Below the pieces are notes generated by a model that saw nothing but the letters and a program-made list of their open reading frames with translations, was not told where the DNA came from and searched no databases. A DNA stretch of 38,576 bases from NCBI GenBank assembly GCA_045642785.1, contig JAZUJM010000179.1, positions 1-38,576 on the forward strand, given 5' to 3'. The first letter of the stretch is position 1; every line of letters starts with the position of its first letter. Both the position numbers and the translations under genes were made by a program. This document shows positions 36,576 to 38,576 of the stretch, one piece after another. This DNA comes from Acutalibacteraceae bacterium (GTDB lineage: Bacteria > Bacillota > Clostridia > Oscillospirales > Acutalibacteraceae).

Positions 36576-37853
36576 ATGATCTTTGTTCCCGGCGGGCTGC
36601 TCCCCGTGCTTTCGGTGTGCTTCATTTTTCTTTTGTTCGGCAAAGTGTTCGGATATGAGCGCCGCGCCGGCAGTGTTCTTTTTGGCGTTTCCGCCGCCGC
36701 TGCCTGCGCCGCAGGTGCGGCTTCTCAGCTTCCCGGCGGCGAGGTCTCCGAAACACTCACCGAGCTTGTAATGATGGCCTGCGCCCTCGGCCTGCCGTAT
36801 ATTCTGTTTGTTCGCAGGCGAAGGCTGACCTTTGTTTTTGCCGGGCTCACGGTCTGCTCACTGTTTGATTTTCTCGAATATGCGATAGTATCGCTTTTTC
36901 CCACGGTCTCATGGCAAAAGGCACTCATCGTTTACACTGCGCTCTATGCCGCCGCCTGTGCCGCCGCCATCGCCGCGGGAAAGCTGTTGAAAAAGCGCAA
37001 TGTTCCGGATTTTCCCGACCGCATACCGTATGCAGTCTATGCCGTGATATTTGCCGTCAATTACTCGGCTTATTACGGGCTCACGGTCATCAACACCTCC
37101 GAAAGCTATTCCGGTGCGGCAGCAGCATTCAGCTACATTTCCGCCGTGCTGTCGGCGGGCTGCATAGGCTACACGGTTTACCGCTATGCCGTTTTGCTTC
37201 ACAGGCAAAAGGAGGAGGAGCACATCCGTGCCCTTGAACTTATGCGCTACGAGGAAATAATCAGAAACAACCGCGATCTTAGCGCTTTTCGCCACGACTG
37301 CAAAAACGATCTGCATGCGTTAAAAACGCTCATCACCTCCGGCAGGACCGGCGAAGCCGAGGAATACATAGCAAGCCTCACCGATTCACTTGATAAAACA
37401 AAAGGAAAATATCAGACCGGCAACATCCTTGCCGATGCCATTCTGAGCGACAAGGCCGCCGAGGCGGAAAAGCACGGGATAGCCATCGAGTTTGAGGGCA
37501 TCATCCCCGCCGAAGGAATAGCCAACCGTGACCTGTGCGCCGTGCTTTCAAACGCACTTGACAATGCAAGGGAGGCGTGCATCGGAACGGCGCCCTGCAC
37601 CGTGAGCGTTTTTTCACGGGCAAAGGAAAGCGGAATGGTTCTGACCGTTAAAAACCCGGTCAAAAGCCGTGTTCCCATCCGCGGCGGCAGAATTATCACC
37701 ACCAAGCAGGATAAAAAGAATCACGGCTTCGGCCTTTCAAACATCCGCACGGCTGCCGAACGCTGCAGCGGCTATGCCGATATTTCATGCGATGATTCCG
37801 CCTTCATGCTTGAGGTGGGGCTGATGTTCGGCGAAAAAATGAGCAGGGGATGA
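36576..37853 (+). CDS. AgrC/VirS-like multi-TM GHKL histidine kinase
   Basis: About 6-7 TM helices, FRHDCKN H-box, NALDNAREA N-box and HGFGLSNI G-box. Confidence 0.93.
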   Translation: MIFVPGGLLPVLSVCFIFLLFGKVFGYERRAGSVLFGVSAAAACAAGAASQLPGGEVSETLTELVMMACALGLPYILFVRRRRLTFVFAGLTVCSLFDFLEYAIVSLFPTVSWQKALIVYTALYAAACAAAIAAGKLLKKRNVPDFPDRIPYAVYAVIFAVNYSAYYGLTVINTSESYSGAAAAFSYISAVLSAGCIGYTVYRYAVLLHRQKEEEHIRALELMRYEEIIRNNRDLSAFRHDCKNDLHALKTLITSGRTGEAEEYIASLTDSLDKTKGKYQTGNILADAILSDKAAEAEKHGIAIEFEGIIPAEGIANRDLCAVLSNALDNAREACIGTAPCTVSVFSRAKESGMVLTVKNPVKSRVPIRGGRIITTKQDKKNHGFGLSNIRTAAERCSGYADISCDDSAFMLEVGLMFGEKMSRG

Positions 37854-38084
37854 ATGAATATATGTGATGGCACGGCACAGGTACCCGCCCCGGGCTGTTC
37901 ACGGGCAAAGCCACCCGGTGCTTTCAGCCGCGCCTTATCTGCCCACCATCATCTTATGCCGCCGCCCCCCGGGCGGAACACGATTTGATGCGATTATTTC
38001 ATTCAAATGAATCAACCCTTTGTTTTTGTAAAAGATATATACAAAACATTATATAATGTTGTTTCATGTTTGGCAAAAAAACAC

Positions 38085-38113
38085 TTTACAAAACGATAAT
38101 AATGTGATATACT
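38085..38113 (+). promoter_or_regulatory. Sigma-A promoter of rpsO
   Basis: TTTACA-17-TATACT with a TG extension. Confidence 0.7.
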
Positions 38114-38119
38114 GCGTTT

Positions 38120-38225
38120 TGCATTGTGCCCGCAACTCGGTTTTCGGAGCAAACCTCCTCTGCGAGGTCATCACCTGCCGCTGACTGGGTGCGAGGCCAA
38201 AATATTAAATGAGGTGAAAAACACT
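38120..38225 (+). promoter_or_regulatory. Probable S15 autoregulatory leader
   Basis: A GC-rich structured 5' UTR of about 105 nt (ctcg/cgag, acctc/gaggt pairings) before rpsO. S15 leaders are known in Firmicutes, but I did not verify this fold. Confidence 0.5.
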
Positions 38226-38489
38226 ATGACACAGGCAGAAAAACAGGCAATCATGGCTGAATACGCCATCCACGAGGGCGACACAGGTTCACCCGAGGTT
38301 CAGATTGCAGTTCTCACCAAGAGAATCAACGACCTCACCGAGCACCTTAAGATTCACAAGAAGGATAACCACTCCCGCCGCGGCCTTCACAAGATGGTCG
38401 GTCACAGACGCAACCTTCTTGAGTACCTTAAGAAGAACGACATTGAGCGCTACCGTTCAATCGTTGCAAGACTTGGTCTTCGTAAATAA
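38226..38489 (+). CDS. rpsO: 30S ribosomal protein S15
   Basis: [29 protein letters not shown] at 38226 after gaggtg. Confidence 0.99.
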   Translation: MTQAEKQAIMAEYAIHEGDTGSPEVQIAVLTKRINDLTEHLKIHKKDNHSRRGLHKMVGHRRNLLEYLKKNDIERYRSIVARLGLRK

Positions 38490-38500
38490 TGCAAGCTTCG

Positions 38501-38543
38501 GAGCAGGCTGGGTTTTTTCCCCGCCTGCTCTGTTGTGATTTTT
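38501..38543 (+). terminator. Probable terminator after rpsO
   Basis: gagcaggc/gcctgctc stem followed by a T-rich tract. Confidence 0.6.
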
Positions 38544-38576
38544 CAACCGCGTTTTTTTCGCATCCGTTCAGGCGGT

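Noticed and set aside
35876-37988. A complete agr quorum-sensing locus
   Set aside because: There is no AgrB-like protease and no convincing AgrD peptide in the window.
31284-38060. A mobile element (ICE, IS or prophage) carrying the LRR/two-component block
   Set aside because: I found no integrase, transposase, flanking direct repeats or tRNA target. Only compositional evidence suggests acquisition.

Overview
A chromosomal window (roughly 50% GC by eye) from a Clostridia-type, probably Oscillospiraceae/Acutalibacteraceae-like, anaerobe; the taxonomy is inferred from protein style and gene order. Most of it is housekeeping: the 3' part of thrS, ptsH, uvrC, rsmD, hisZGDCBHAF(IE), rpmG-secE-nusG-rplKAJL with L1- and L10-type leaders, ychF, tcdA, recG and rpsO. 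I saw no CRISPR array, tRNA, rRNA or transposase. The accessory content worth attention is: (1) a block at 31.3-37.9 kb in which a secreted-protein gene, with a perfect 10-bp direct repeat of 21-bp period just upstream of its -35, diverges from an operon of a large BspA-LRR surface protein plus a LytTR/GHKL two-component pair; (2) three otherwise different secreted proteins that all end in an amphipathic helix with no known anchor motif; (3) a four-gene membrane operon pairing a Pr6Pr/AIG1-like protein with a stand-alone HxxxDG acyltransferase and a DUF554 protein; (4) a BadF-type amino-sugar kinase coupled to an archaeal-GlmU-like nucleotidyltransferase; (5) a strongly uneven GATC distribution that marks out the 32-37 kb block. 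All family calls come from reading motifs by eye, not from database searches.
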